A stretch of DNA of 64,000 bases from Macrostomum lignano (lineage: Eukaryota), in contig NIVC01002731.1 in NCBI GenBank assembly GCA_002269645.1, forward strand, positions 62,001-126,000, written 5' to 3'. The notes under the pieces are model-generated. The model was given only the letters and a program-made list of their open reading frames with translations, did no database searches and was not told the DNA's origin. Shown in pieces: positions 37,601 to 51,422 of this stretch (within the stretch, counting starts at the first letter, position 1; each line of letters starts with the position of its first letter). The translations under genes and the position numbers were made by a program.

Positions 37601-40600
37601 GGGCGACACCGGGTCGCCAGGCGAGCGAGGACCTCCGGGCACCGTCGGCAGCCCGGGCGTCGAAGGCAACGCCGGCCTGCCGGGAGAGCGGGGTGTCCGC
37701 GGCACCGCCGGGGACCCCGGCACTGACGGCGCAGTCGGACCGCAGGGCGTCATGGGACCGACGGGCTATAAAGGAGACACTGGACCCCAGGGCGAGCAGG
37801 TTTGTCGTTGGCTGTCACTTTTTTCTCTGGCAGTTGTCGCAGTCACTGCTCAAAGATCTCTCAGCATGAATGTCAATAAACGATCTTACTTGTAAATTTA
37901 ACCTGTAGATTCCGCCCATAGATCTCATCAATAGCTCTTAGTTATGGATTTCACTCACCTGGAATCTCATTACTACGCCTCACCTGTAGATCTCACTAAT
38001 GGACATATCTCATCAGTAATCTCAACCATTAATTAATAGACCGTATCGATAAAGCCTATCTAATTACAAGCTAATTATGCATGCAAATATACAATTCTCC
38101 TCCAACAGGGCCCACGTGGCTCAAAAGGAGACCTCGGACCAAATGGGCCGCCCGGTCCGCAGGGCCCCGTAGGCCGCCAGGGTCTCAAAGGATTGCGCGG
38201 CGACACGGGAGAGACTGGCATAACGGGACTCGATGGCGCCGTCGGTCCAGTTGGCGCCATGGGCATGGAGGGTCGGCGCGGGCTGCCGGGCGATCTGGGA
38301 GTTCGAGGAGACCCAGGCCAGCCGGGCGAAGAAGGAGAGTCGGTATGTTTCATCACACGGATCAACTCGTTTGATCTGAGTGCGCTGTCATGGCTTGGCT
38401 TATCAGGGCTTATCAATGCTTATCAGGGCTTATCAAGGGTTATCAAGGCTTATAAGGGCTTGTCAGGTTATCGAGGCTTATCAAGGGTTATTGAGGCTTA
38501 TCAAGGGTTATTGAGGCTTATCAAGGGCTTATCAATGGTTATCGAGGCTTATCAGAGCTTGCCAAGGGTTATAGAGGCTTATAGAGGCTTATCAAGGGTT
38601 ATCGAGGCTTATCAAGGGTTATTGAGGCTTATCAAGGGTTATTGAGGCTTATCAAGGGCTTACCAAGGGTTACAGAGGCTTATAGAGGCTTATCAAGAGT
38701 TATCGAGGCTTATCGAGGGTCTTTGAGGCTTATCAAGGGTTATAAAAGCTTATCAAGGGTTATCGAGGCTTATCAAGGGCTTATCAAGGGCTTATCAAGG
38801 ATAATCGAGGCTTATCAGGGCTTATCAAGGGTTATCGAGGCTTATCAGAGCTTATGAATGGTTATCGAGGCTTATCGAGGCTTATCAAGGGTTATAGAGG
38901 CTTATCAAGGGCTTATCAATGATAATCAATGCTTATCAGGGCTTATCAAGGGTTATAGAGGCTTATCTAGACTTATCAAGGGTTATAGAGGCTTATCGAG
39001 GCTTTTTAATGGTTATCGAGGCTTTTCATGGCTTTATAAAGACTTTTTTAAGCAACACACCTCAATTATCTAAACAAAGTCTTTAATTTGTTTGTCTAAT
39101 GCCTAGGCCAACAAAGGTTTACGTGAGACTGCATAGGCTTGAATAGAAAGCAGTTCTGCACTTATTAAACTATTTCAGCCAGACGTTCAAACGCTCACTC
39201 ACTTCCAGGGTGCCATCGGGCCCCAGGGCAGCACAGGGGAGACCGGGCCCCAGGGCAGTGCGGGCAGGCCTGGAGAGCCCGGTCCCGTCGGCGACGTCGG
39301 ACCCATCGGTCCGGCAGGTCCTCAAGGTCGGCAGGGCAGCAAAGGCGCACTTGGACCGGCTGGCACGCCCGGTCCCGCGGGACTGACTGGACCTCAGGTG
39401 AGCTTGCTGAGATTATTCGTGTTTTTATTCGTGTTGCCTGCCAATTTCACACGGGATACCTTTACTTTTATTAGTCGCTGTACTGAATTCTTGACACGGC
39501 TGATGAAAATCCAGACGAGATCGACGACTCCTTAAGGCTCCTCTAAAGCAAATTATAACAAATAAACATGAATAATTTTGGGCTTTCCTTATTCAAACTA
39601 GTTTTGTGTCCAACAGGTGCGTTTGAATATCAATAAAATAGGAAACGCCAGTTATAACAAAAAAAACAAAGCTTGGCAAGATTTCATGCTACATACTTCA
39701 GCCAAGTCACTTTTGGCATTCGAATTGTCGACGTGTCTATTGCCTTTTGAACCGGACAAAAAAGTCAAAAAGTCTTACGACATACGTATCTTTAACCCTT
39801 ATTTTTAAAACCGTCCAAGGGCTACCAAGGCATGATGGGTTCGGCCGGTCCGCCTGGACCAGACGGCGAGACCGGCAAGCCGGGTCCCGACGGACCAGTG
39901 GGACCGCCCGGTCAGCCAGGCTACCGAGGCCTGCAAGGCGACCAGGGCGCTCAGGGCCGAAAAGGCTCCATAGGACCAACAGGTCGAATTGGCGACCGGG
40001 GCCAAGCCGGCGAGGCTGGCGACGCCGGCGCTCCGGGTCTCCCCGGTCCACTGGGCGAGGTCGGGCCGCGCGGACACGAGGGCAAGAAGGGTGCCCGCGG
40101 TGAAGTCGGGATTCGAGGCAATGAAGGTCGCAAAGGCGATACCGGTCAGAAAGGACCGAACGGAGACGTGGGGCCCGAGGGCAGGCCCGGCTCGGACGGA
40201 CTGCGAGGCCCCATCGGTCCACCCGGAGACCAGGGATACAAGGGACCCGCTGGCTCTCAGGTAAGTCTAAAAATAATTATTAGGTGTATCCTTTTTTCAA
40301 CAGTCTCATAGGTGCCAAGGTGGTGCCAAGCACTTTGAGTCAAGGGTAGAATTACTATTCCTGTCGATCTTCCTTCGCAGGGTCCCCCCGGCGAAGACGT
40401 CGTCGTGTCCGGCAATCCCAGCGAAGTGTTTCAACGCGACTCTCCGGACGGTACCAAGGAGGACGTCTTCGAGGCCTTGCTGCGCCTGTCAAGATCCATC
40501 GACGAGTTGCGCCGGCCACGAACCTGCGCTGACATCCGCATGGACCGGCCGGACGCGCCGGACGGGATCTACACAATCGACCCCAACCTGGGAGCCGATT

Positions 40601-41927
40601 CGGACGCCATTCAGGTCCGCTGCCTGATGGAAACCATGGAGACCTGCGTGCAGCCTAATCGCTTTTCGGTATTGTTTGTTTCTAACCTCTTTTTGGTTTT
40701 TAAGACAGACCAAAATAGACTATAAGAATCCAGGGGTCGGTAAACTCCGGCCCGCCGGCCACATGCGGCCCATGAAGCCGATCTCTATCCAGCCCTCGGG
40801 TTAGTTTGTGAAAACTTCACAAATGCAATCCACACCGCTCAAGGTTTGTGTCTCCTCTCTCTTCTCTCCCCTACCCTTTCATTTCCTCTCCTCCCTCCTC
40901 TCATCCCATGAGTCGCCTCGTCTCTCATCTTATTTTCCTCTAGCTAGATTCGTTTTCTGGCGCTTAATTTCAAGAAGTTTGCCAATCACGGTTTAGTTTT
41001 AGTTTAATATAAACTTGTCCATTCAGCCTCGGACAAAGTACTGTTACGCAATTGATAGATTTGCGAAACGGGCATTCTTGATTGATTTATCGCAAAGCAA
41101 TTCGAATCGCTACAAAGGTAGTATTCATACTTTCTTGAAACTGCATAGGCACCTTTGAGGTACTGTTGCGGGTTTTTACACTTTCCAAACTTTGCTTGGC
41201 TTCAGGTCTTCTTAGGATTTTGAAACTCATGGATCATTGAGTTCACATCCGAAAGAAAGCATCTATAAACTCACTGTTTTTAGCTTGATACGAGAGTCAA
41301 GAACAAGCCCAATGATCAAGAGGTTGTCTGGCTGTTCTACAATGATCCCGGAATGGAGGTGAGTTCATTGTGCACTCTGATTCTAGCGAGCAAATCGAAA
41401 GTTCCAGGTGCAGAAAATATCAGTTGCCGACCGCCTCGAACTTCAGCTCACATACCCGATCCCGGAAGACCAGATGCACTTCCTGCGCATGCTGAACGAT
41501 CGCGCGGCTCAAAAGGTGAACTACTCCTGCGTCAATGTTGGCAACGTGGACTCCGAAGAGGTGCAAATTGTGTTGAGCACCGACGATGTTATGAAGAAGC
41601 AGGATAACAATGGCATGGCTGTTCTCAAGGACGGTTGCAAGGTTGGTTTCAAGTTAACGACCTACTTTATGGGGATTTATTAAAATCTACTTGAGTTCGA
41701 AATTTTGCATTCAGGCCAACTACCCGAGCTGGAAGGAGACTTGGCTGTCGATCTCCGGCAACTCGTTGCTGCTGCCAGTGCGCGATGTCGGCATGCCCAA
41801 GTCGGGCACCTACGGTGTCGAGATTGGCGAAGTCTGCTTCCGCAGGATGCCGCGTCCGCCGCGACCGACTCCATCGCCGGAGGTGACCGCTCGTGTCAAA
41901 GCGGCTCGTAAACTCCTGCGACTGTAG
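31621..41927 (+). CDS. Fibrillar collagen B, 17 exons: 31621-31704, 32148-32237, 32316-32438, 32892-33152, 33673-33902, 34406-34696, 35169-35485, 36218-36432, 36516-37163, 37602-37799, 38109-38342, 39209-39397, 39820-40260, 40381-40668, 41284-41358, 41447-41641, 41715-41927
   Basis: Signal peptide, a short minor helix and a telopeptide-like linker. The main-helix exons sum to 3024 nt (336 triplets), plus GPP GED, giving the canonical 338 triplets. COLFI motifs PRTC, IDPN, DAIQVRC, ETC, NYSC, DGC, LLPVRD and GEVCF. The exon 3/4 boundaries are the least certain. Confidence 0.92.
31715..32133 (+). repeat. (GACT)n microsatellite in collagen B intron 1
   Basis: Directly visible. Confidence 0.95.
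33220..33632 (+). repeat. ~22-bp minisatellite (CCTGTTAGACACAGATCCCYAG)
   Basis: Tandem copies are directly visible. Confidence 0.9.
34030..34375 (+). repeat. 11-bp minisatellite (CAGATCATTCA)
   Basis: Tandem copies are directly visible. Confidence 0.9.
34790..35000 (+). repeat. ~20-bp degenerate minisatellite (GGGCTCTCTACTAAGCTGTG); a related, more decayed array lies at about 35790-36115
   Basis: Tandem copies are visible. Confidence 0.75.
37300..37520 (+). repeat. 22-bp minisatellite (CTGACACAATTCAGACACTCTA)
   Basis: Tandem copies are directly visible. Confidence 0.9.
38390..39025 (+). repeat. 10-bp-based minisatellite (GGCTTATCAA/GGGTTATCGA)
   Basis: Tandem copies are directly visible. 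Confidence 0.9.
40731..40800 (+). mobile_element. Possible hAT-type non-autonomous element end
   Basis: CAGGGGTCGGTAAACTCCGGCCCGCCGGCCACATGCGGCCC resembles hAT/Charlie-like termini; no matching right end was seen. Confidence 0.4.
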
Positions 41928-42094
41928 TTGGATCATTGGGCGAGGTGATCAGAAACGACAATTTTGAATGATTATGAGTATTTGTTAAGCTTTCACAAGG
42001 AACGCTTGAAAAATATACAAAATTATTGGTATTGCGAGGCGCTAAGTGGATACTTAAAGGTGATAGAAAGTTCTACCTTATCTAAGCAAAGTGT

Positions 42095-42740
42095 TCAGTC
42101 GGTGCCTGGATTGGTAGAAACTCTTCTGGCTTATTGAAGTGAGGAATTCAGTCGGTGCCTCGATCGGTAGAAACTCTTCTGGCTTATTGAAGTGAGAAAT
42201 TCAGTCGGTGCCTCGATCGGTAGAAACTCTTCTGGCTTATTGAAATGAGGAATTCAGTCGGTGCCTGGATCGGTAGAAGCTCTTCTGGCTTATTAAAGTG
42301 AGGAATTCAGTCGGTGCCTCGATCGGTAGAAACTCTTCTGGCTTATTGAAGTGAGAAATTCAGTCGGTGCCTCGATCGGTAGAAACTCTTCTGGCTTATT
42401 GAAATGAGGAATTCAGTCGGTGCCTCGATCGGTAGAAACTCTTCTGGCTTATTGAAGTGAGAAATTCAGTCGGTGCCTCGATCGGTAGAAACTCTTCTGG
42501 CTTATTGAAATGAGGAATTCAGTCGGTGCCTGGATCGGTAGAAGCTCTTCTGGCTTATTGAAGTGAGGAATTCAGTCGGTGCCTCGATCGGTAGAACTCT
42601 CCTGGCTTATTGAAGTGAGGAAAATTCAGTCGGTGCCTGGATCGGTAGAACTCTCCTGACTTATTGATGTGAGGAATTCAGTCGGTGCCTCGATCGGTAG
42701 AAACTCTTCTGGCTTATTGAAGTGAGGAATTCAGTCGGTA
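42095..42740 (+). repeat. 53-bp minisatellite (TTCAGTCGGTGCCTCGATCGGTAGAAACTCTTCTGGCTTATTGAAGTGAGGAA), about 12 copies
   Basis: Tandem copies are directly visible. Confidence 0.95.
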
Positions 42741-43369
42741 CTTAGAGTAACATTATATAATCACTTTTATCAAATCTTTAAAGAGAACCGTTAAAAACTG
42801 ATTTATTTCAGATGCAGCCAGAAGATTTTCATCGTCCGCAGCGTGCAGAGTACAGAGTACTGAGTGCAAAACTTTCGTCGGCTTTAATACAAATTTGGTT
42901 TATAAAGTAACTATTAGCACTTCTGACAATTTTAAATAGCTCTGCACCTCGTCATACAATGAAAAACGCATACTGTGTTACATCTTTTTCAAAAATAAAC
43001 AGCCAAGCGGCTAAAATGATATATGATTTTTATATTTTAATTGGCATCCACAAATACACTGCAATATAATAAGGAACGGATATACGTTACTTTAGATAAA
43101 GTTTTTGATTTTTGCAGCATTTATTACTGTCGAGTAATTAACGCCGATTTCAACGTTGGTGAAACTTGCAGAGACGACCGTCTGAGGGGAAGAGTCTAAG
43201 CAGAGATTCTGATGGCGGAAGAGTCTGCGGTTATGTGAGATACTGACGTTGGAGTCTGAGGTTGAGAATCTGAGAGGGAAAAGTCTGAGAGGCAGGAGTC
43301 AGAGAGAGGAGAGGCTGAGGAGATTCTAGGGGTGAGAGTTTGCATGAGAACGAGAGTCTGAGTAGATTC

Positions 43370-43565
43370 TGGGGGTGAGAGTCTGAGGGTGAGAGTCTGA
43401 GGGTGAGAGTCTGAGGGTGAGAGTCTGAGGGTGAGAATCTGAGGGTGAGAGTCTGAGGGTGAGAGTCTGAGGGTGAGAGTCTGAGGGTGAGAGTCTGAGG
43501 GTGAGAGTCTGAGGGTGAGAGTCTGAGGGTGAGAGTCTGAGGGTGAGAATCTGAGGGTGAGAGTC
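43370..43565 (+). repeat. 14-bp minisatellite (GAGGGTGAGAGTCT)
   Basis: Tandem copies are directly visible. Confidence 0.95.
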
Positions 43566-43583
43566 CTAGAGAGAGAGAGTCAG

Positions 43584-45471
<1,888 letters not shown>

Positions 45472-45587
45472 TGTCTGCACTGTTGTAAACTCCTGTAAAC
45501 TCCTGTAAACTCCTGTAAACTCCTGTAGGCTGAAACTATAATTTAGCTGTCATCTATATAGCCCTACAAGGGAAGTGTAATTAAGTT

Positions 45588-45601
45588 GTTGCTATGGTAA
45601 C
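45588..45601. promoter_or_regulatory. X-box (RFX binding site) GTTGCTATGGTAAC
   Basis: Exact fit to the X-box consensus GTHNYY-AT-RRNAAC, 117 bp upstream of the ATG of a ciliary-type gene. Confidence 0.75.
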
Positions 45602-48600
45602 AAGGTTTATAGAAGCTCATTAATTAGTCAGTCCGAGAGTGAGTTCAGAGCAACTCTCAAGAACCCAATCGTGTAGTAGAGAGAATTCAAAGGAGTTTGC
45701 AGCAGCTGTACATTTATAGTGTGCATCGAAAAGTCCAAATTTTAATACTTATAGACAGCTGCAGGTTTGCGTTAATTATTTAACTGAGCGCGGAGACGGT
45801 CTTTCGAAACTGTAGCTGTGTAGTACAGAATATAAATTAGGATAGCTGTGAGACATACGTACTATATTGCAGAGGTGATTTCATGATATTAATAAATGAT
45901 GTATTCCTGAGTAACCCCTAATGAAATAGGTTTACTTTAATCCAGAAGACTTTGAGACTCCACAAATAGTTTCTTACTTACTCTGAGTAACAGCTACTTT
46001 AATTTGTAAAACAAAGGACATAAACCCGTCTGGGAGCACATCAGGTTCTGCTAATAGACGGATGTTGACCTACAGTACAATAACTGTCGCTTGTCGAGTC
46101 ATCATGAGCGCGACACACTTCATAACACTCTGCTGGCAAGAAGCCCTTCTTTCTATAGACACCTTCCTCGTGAGCTGGTTGTCATAGGGGAATTGCGCGA
46201 TGAAGACCCACCCACCGTCTGCATATTGCGACATACATGTACAGCTGCATTACCAGCGAGTTTGGGGGAATGAGATCTATCGTATCCTGCACTCAGCTAT
46301 ATGGTCAAGTGGCGATGCACGTACCCCCTGTATAGAATTCGACCTTACATACATTTAACCTGCTTGCGTACAGTTTTCGACTACATCACATGAAACTCAA
46401 CCGCTTAGGCGCCTTAAAATAGGTGGATCCCTGGGCGGGTCTATGAGAATTTCCCGAAGGGTTTTTTTCCAGTCGGAATTTCAAGTCAAATCCAATCGGA
46501 TTTGAAATCTAGTCTAGACTAGTTCTAATCTATAGTCTAGTTTTTAATCTAGTCTAGTTTGTGTCTAGTCTATTGACTCTCTAGTCTAGTCTAGTCTATA
46601 TAGCTCCAATCTAGCTAGTCCCCCAGCATTGTCAGCTATATAGTAGACTGGATTTGACCTGAAATTCCAACTGTAATTAAAAACCCCATTGGAAAACCTT
46701 TCGGTGGGAAAAAACTCTCGCGGGCAAACCTCGCTGCCGGAAATTTAAAAGCTCGCGCGGGAAGACTTCCTGGGGCTGTGGAAAATTCTCGTGTTCCCGC
46801 GACTGGCTTGAGGGGATCCTTTATTGGTCCCCAATTAAGTACTCTCAAGTTCTTAAGTGAAGATATACATGCATGTACATCATTTACATGTATAGCTCGA
46901 ATGTTAAAAAACATGCATATGGTAGCTTTATATGTTTCGTGATTTAAAACGAATATTTTTAGACCTTAATAATATTGATAGAACACAGCAGTTCCCAGGC
47001 CCCTCTAAAATAAAAAAAGGTTTTCCCAATGCCCACAAGTAAGTCCCAACCTTCGATATCCAGGCCCGATCTCATCATCGGTTGTCTCTACAGTAAATCC
47101 CTAAATCACGATAAATTGAAGATGTACTACTACGAGTAGATTTGTCAAAATTTAACTATTTGAAATGAATTCCAGTGCTAACAGCTAAAATGTTTTAATT
47201 ATTTTTATGCTGTATATTTATGGGTTTCATTTTTTCTTTCTCTTCTCTTCGTGTCGACTGTGCAATACTTTATACTTACTTAACATACTGTGTTTTATAT
47301 CGACAGATCGAACATATATAAACTCCTTTTCTCCCTTTGCAAATAATAATTTCTCGTTTCAAAGTTCTTCGTTTTTCCCTATATTATTTTTTATACCGTG
47401 AATATTTGCAACTTCAAATTTAACTTTCATAGAAAACTACTTAGTATTACTTTTGTGGCAGTGGGGTTGCCACCATTTAATAATTTTATTTTAATAATTT
47501 TTCCATTTTAAATGCGCGCCCGTATTTTTTTTTCTTCGTGAATACCAACCCGTGTGTCCAACCATTGTTATATGACATCACCCCCCTCCTCCTGTTGGCC
47601 CCGTGTGTGGACCCACCGTTGCTAATCAGTTTCCCATCGTTGGCTAACAGCCTTTTCATTAGTTGGAATTAAGCGGTTCATTATTTATTTTCTGTGTGAT
47701 TACTCCTTTAACCATTGTATGGCCCCCTTGTTGGCTAATCTTTCCCCCATGCTTTGGACGTTGCCCTACTTTTGCTTATATAAACTACTCATGCTCAGTT
47801 GCCAATTTTTCATTCCCCTTTCTTCTTGCGCGATCTCTCCCTCACTATCTTGTCTGTTTATCTCTACGGTTCATTAATTTATTAGTTTATTAGCGCACCG
47901 GCGCCCGTGTATTCATCATCGTCATTATAATACTCATTAATCCATAAACAACCTGCTTTAAAATTAATAACCAAATTACTTTAATAAATAACAACAAATT
48001 AACGCTTAATATTTATTCCGTTGACTTAAGCCATAGCCTATCTTGAATCCTTTGCCCGTGGGGCGTAAAATAACCGAAATCTCATCTCAAAGAAAGCTCT
48101 GAGATCACTAAACGTTCCGTAATACGTAAATTACGGTGGTGGCAGCAACTACCCTACTGACAGTAATCAGCTCTGCAAATCGACACATTACTTTACGGTG
48201 TCAATCTCCGGTGTCTACCATCTGAACGACCGTGCCGCTCTAACGACCGCTCTGCTACGATTACGACTACCCTCCCCCCGGAATTTGAGGACCCCGGCTG
48301 TCGGAGTAAAAGGAGAAGAAATTCGTTGTGATTCGTCTGCGCGATTTTCCGGTTTTATTCGTGCGAACGCAACGCTACCGGTTTTCGAAGAATTACCGGC
48401 CGACCTCCAAATTTCAAACCTTGTTAAAACTTCTCCACCCCCACCTCACTTTACTTAAGTAGTCCTTGTTATTACCACGATACTACTTTCCCAGAAAAAT
48501 AACTCAATAATCTACTGTCGGTTGATAGATTAGGCTAACTGATTAAACAGCTCTCTGCAACATTTAGGCCTACGTCTGACTCACTCTGACTGGCACTGGA

Positions 48601-50363
48601 CTGGCTCAGCGAGCCTCGGCCCTCAGCCCTGATAGCAGACCGCAGTGACCCTTGTCCCTCGCTGCACTGGACTACTGTGCCTACTGTGACTTTCTTATGC
48701 AACTGTTCACAGATAGCTAGCCTAGTATGTTAAATATTTATGGTCAAGGCCTATACGAGCTAAAGCTATATATGTTTACTGCAATTTGACTGCTACCACG
48801 CCTACCAGCCAAGCCAACCTGGGTGGGTTATATGTCTAGCTTTGGAGTCTGCTAGGCCTATTGAAAATCTAAAGTAGCTAGTGATAAGCCAAGCCAAGAC
48901 AGAGTGTGGCTATGTTATTATGCTCCCCCTAGGGCCTAGCAGTCTGTTAAAATTTTATTAATTGGTGTGTATTTTGCAACCAGTAATTTTGTTTTTGTGG
49001 CTATTGGCTAGCCAGCCTAGCCTAGACTGCCTATTACTAAAAATTTTATTTTTGGTTCTTTACTTTAGATTTAGACTAGGGCCACTAGGCCTCAAGCCAA
49101 GGTGAACAAGACCTAGGCCTGGCCTAGTATAGGTTTAGAGCAAACACCAAATTGCTGATTAGATAAGATATCTAGGCCTAATACTATAGTCAATAGAACC
49201 TCTAGACTTATTTTGAATTCACATTGCCAGTTTGGCCACACCTTTTCTTGTTTACATTTATATTTTAGATAAGCCTAGGCTTAGGCTAGGCCTAATATAG
49301 TATTTAATATTTGGAATAATAAGTTTAGATTAGGGCTAGACTAAGTTTACAATGCTAAATAATAATCTTATCAACCAAGCTAACTAGGCTAGGCCTATAA
49401 GCTAGGCCTAATGAGCTAAAAGTGAGACATGAAAAGCTTATTTTATTGTTGCTACTTTCCTGTTTAGTTTCTAGTTTATTTATATACATTTCTCATCTGC
49501 TGTTTAGCTCTCTGTTTAGGCCTACTTTGTCTTAATGAATATAGTTCAAACCTCTTTTTCTCTATTGATCTCTTACCTTTTCCTTTTGATTGGTTGATCT
49601 CTTATTCTTATTTAAGCCTTATTCTCTCGTCTATTGCATACTTTACCCTTTTCATTTTGTTAGCCAACCCCTTTAGTTGAGCCTTAAACCCACCCCTTGC
49701 TATACATAATAATACTGCTATAAATATAGAGTTCAAGGCTTCTAGCCTTTTCACTGAGTAGGGCCTATCTAAGTATTAAAGTAATGGCTATCTGCAGGCT
49801 ACCTAGAAATATAGTTGTTTGCTATTTTCTTGACAGTTAATATTATATATTTCATATAATTTTATAAGACAACCTATTTAAGATTTTTTATTATTTTCTA
49901 ATCCTATTTATTACTTTTACTAGTCTAATAAGCCTAGTAGTATAAAAATTTTCAATTCTTTTAGATAAGTCAATTAAAGCTAATTTAATAATAAAAAGAG
50001 TAGCTAGGTCTTATGTCTTGGCTTGTCATACTATGATATTATGACTTATAGTATTAAAATGCCTAAGCGCCAGTTGTTTTGTCTGCCAATAGCTTGTCTA
50101 CTAAGTAGACAGAAAGTTTTCTCTTTCTAAAACTATTTGTCAACTGGGAAATAAGGGTGTAGAAGTTTGAAATAAGGTAGAAGCTGCCTAAAAATCTCTT
50201 CATTGATATTGTTAAAATGCTTAGAGATTAGTCTCTTTGAAAATGACTATCTACACTTATTTTATAGACATGCCATTAAGGAGAAAAGTTTTAGAGAAAG
50301 GGAGAGGCAAGATAGTATCAAGAGATGAGAGGTGAGATGTTAATATCCTTTAACATAGAATTT

Positions 50364-50680
50364 GTTGTAGCCTAGTGGTTAAAGAGTCAGAGTCACAACT
50401 TGAAGGTTGGGAGTTTGATTCCTAATCCCATTGGAACAATTTGTATCCTTGAGCAAAACACTTAACTCTGCATTGCTTCAGTTCACCTAGCCATTAAATG
50501 GGTGCCAGCATTAGCTAGGATAATTGAGGATATGTGGTAACCCCCCTCCCCCTAGTCTATGGACTAAATAGCTGTATGCAGCCTTTAGATACCCCAGGCA
50601 ATAGCTGCAGCTGAGCTGTTGGCTACACATCTGGCCTAATTGGGGTAGCTATAATCAGTTATTATTACTATAATAATATT
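50364..50680 (+). mobile_element. tRNA-derived CORE-type SINE, degenerate
   Basis: A box TAGCCTAGTGG at 50368 and B box-like GAGTTTGATTCC at 50411. The core TGTATCCTTGAGCAAAACACTTAAC...TTCAGTT...TAAATGGG resembles the MIR/CORE domain. (ATT)-rich tail. Confidence 0.7.
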
Positions 50681-51422
50681 TAACATCCTAAAAACAGACA
50701 ATGAAAACAAAAGTTATGTCTTATAAACAAAAATATCGTAGAAGCTCAACCATTTCATGAATAGGAGCTTGTATTTATTATTATGCATATAAGGTTTTTT
50801 TTATTTTAGGAATTGGCTTTTACGAGCTAAAAGCATTAATTGCACAAGCAGACCTAAGCAAGATTCCAATTTAGCCCATTAGCCCCAAAGTGACTACATT
50901 TGGAGTCTACACCTTTGGTATATTACTACAATTTGACCCTGAAATTTTTTGACAAAATTTGATAATGAATAAAAGTTTTTTTGCTATTGTTTTTGGGTAA
51001 TTAATATAGTTTTAGGATAGAACATTAGAGCACAGTATATGCCTCTATTGCAATTATCAATCAAGGTTGATCAACTAAAATTTTTAGTTAATAACATTTT
51101 TGTACACAAGATAGGCCAAGCTAGTTGGTATTCCATTGCAGTTGCCATACTATACTGTAGCCACAGTTGTAGTTATGGCAAAAGTAAAATACTTTTTTCT
51201 ATGTAGCATACAGTTTTATACTCAGAATTAAGATGGGATTCAAGGGTTAATTTCGATAACTATAACTATAGAAATTTAGCAGCTGTCATTGGTAGATAGT
51301 TATTTTTATCATAAATATTGAATGCTAATAAATACTTTGATATTGGCTAATTCAACAAAGTTTATTTGTTAAAAAATTAATATTAGCAGATTTCTAAACA
51401 AAAATGCTTGAAATTATTGCAG

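Noticed and set aside
17113-40311. Many antisense and shifted Pro/Arg-rich ORFs over the collagen exons
   Set aside because: Shadow frames of GC-rich Gly-X-Y codons
42095-42740. 53-bp repeat array as a CRISPR or ncRNA cluster
   Set aside because: Head-to-tail near-identical monomers with no spacers
46700-48480. Possible degraded coding sequence
   Set aside because: Only short ORFs with no motifs; the homopolymer-rich texture suggests low-quality consensus or old decayed DNA
50364-50430. tRNA gene
   Set aside because: A/B boxes are present but there is no complete cloverleaf, and the sequence continues into a SINE core
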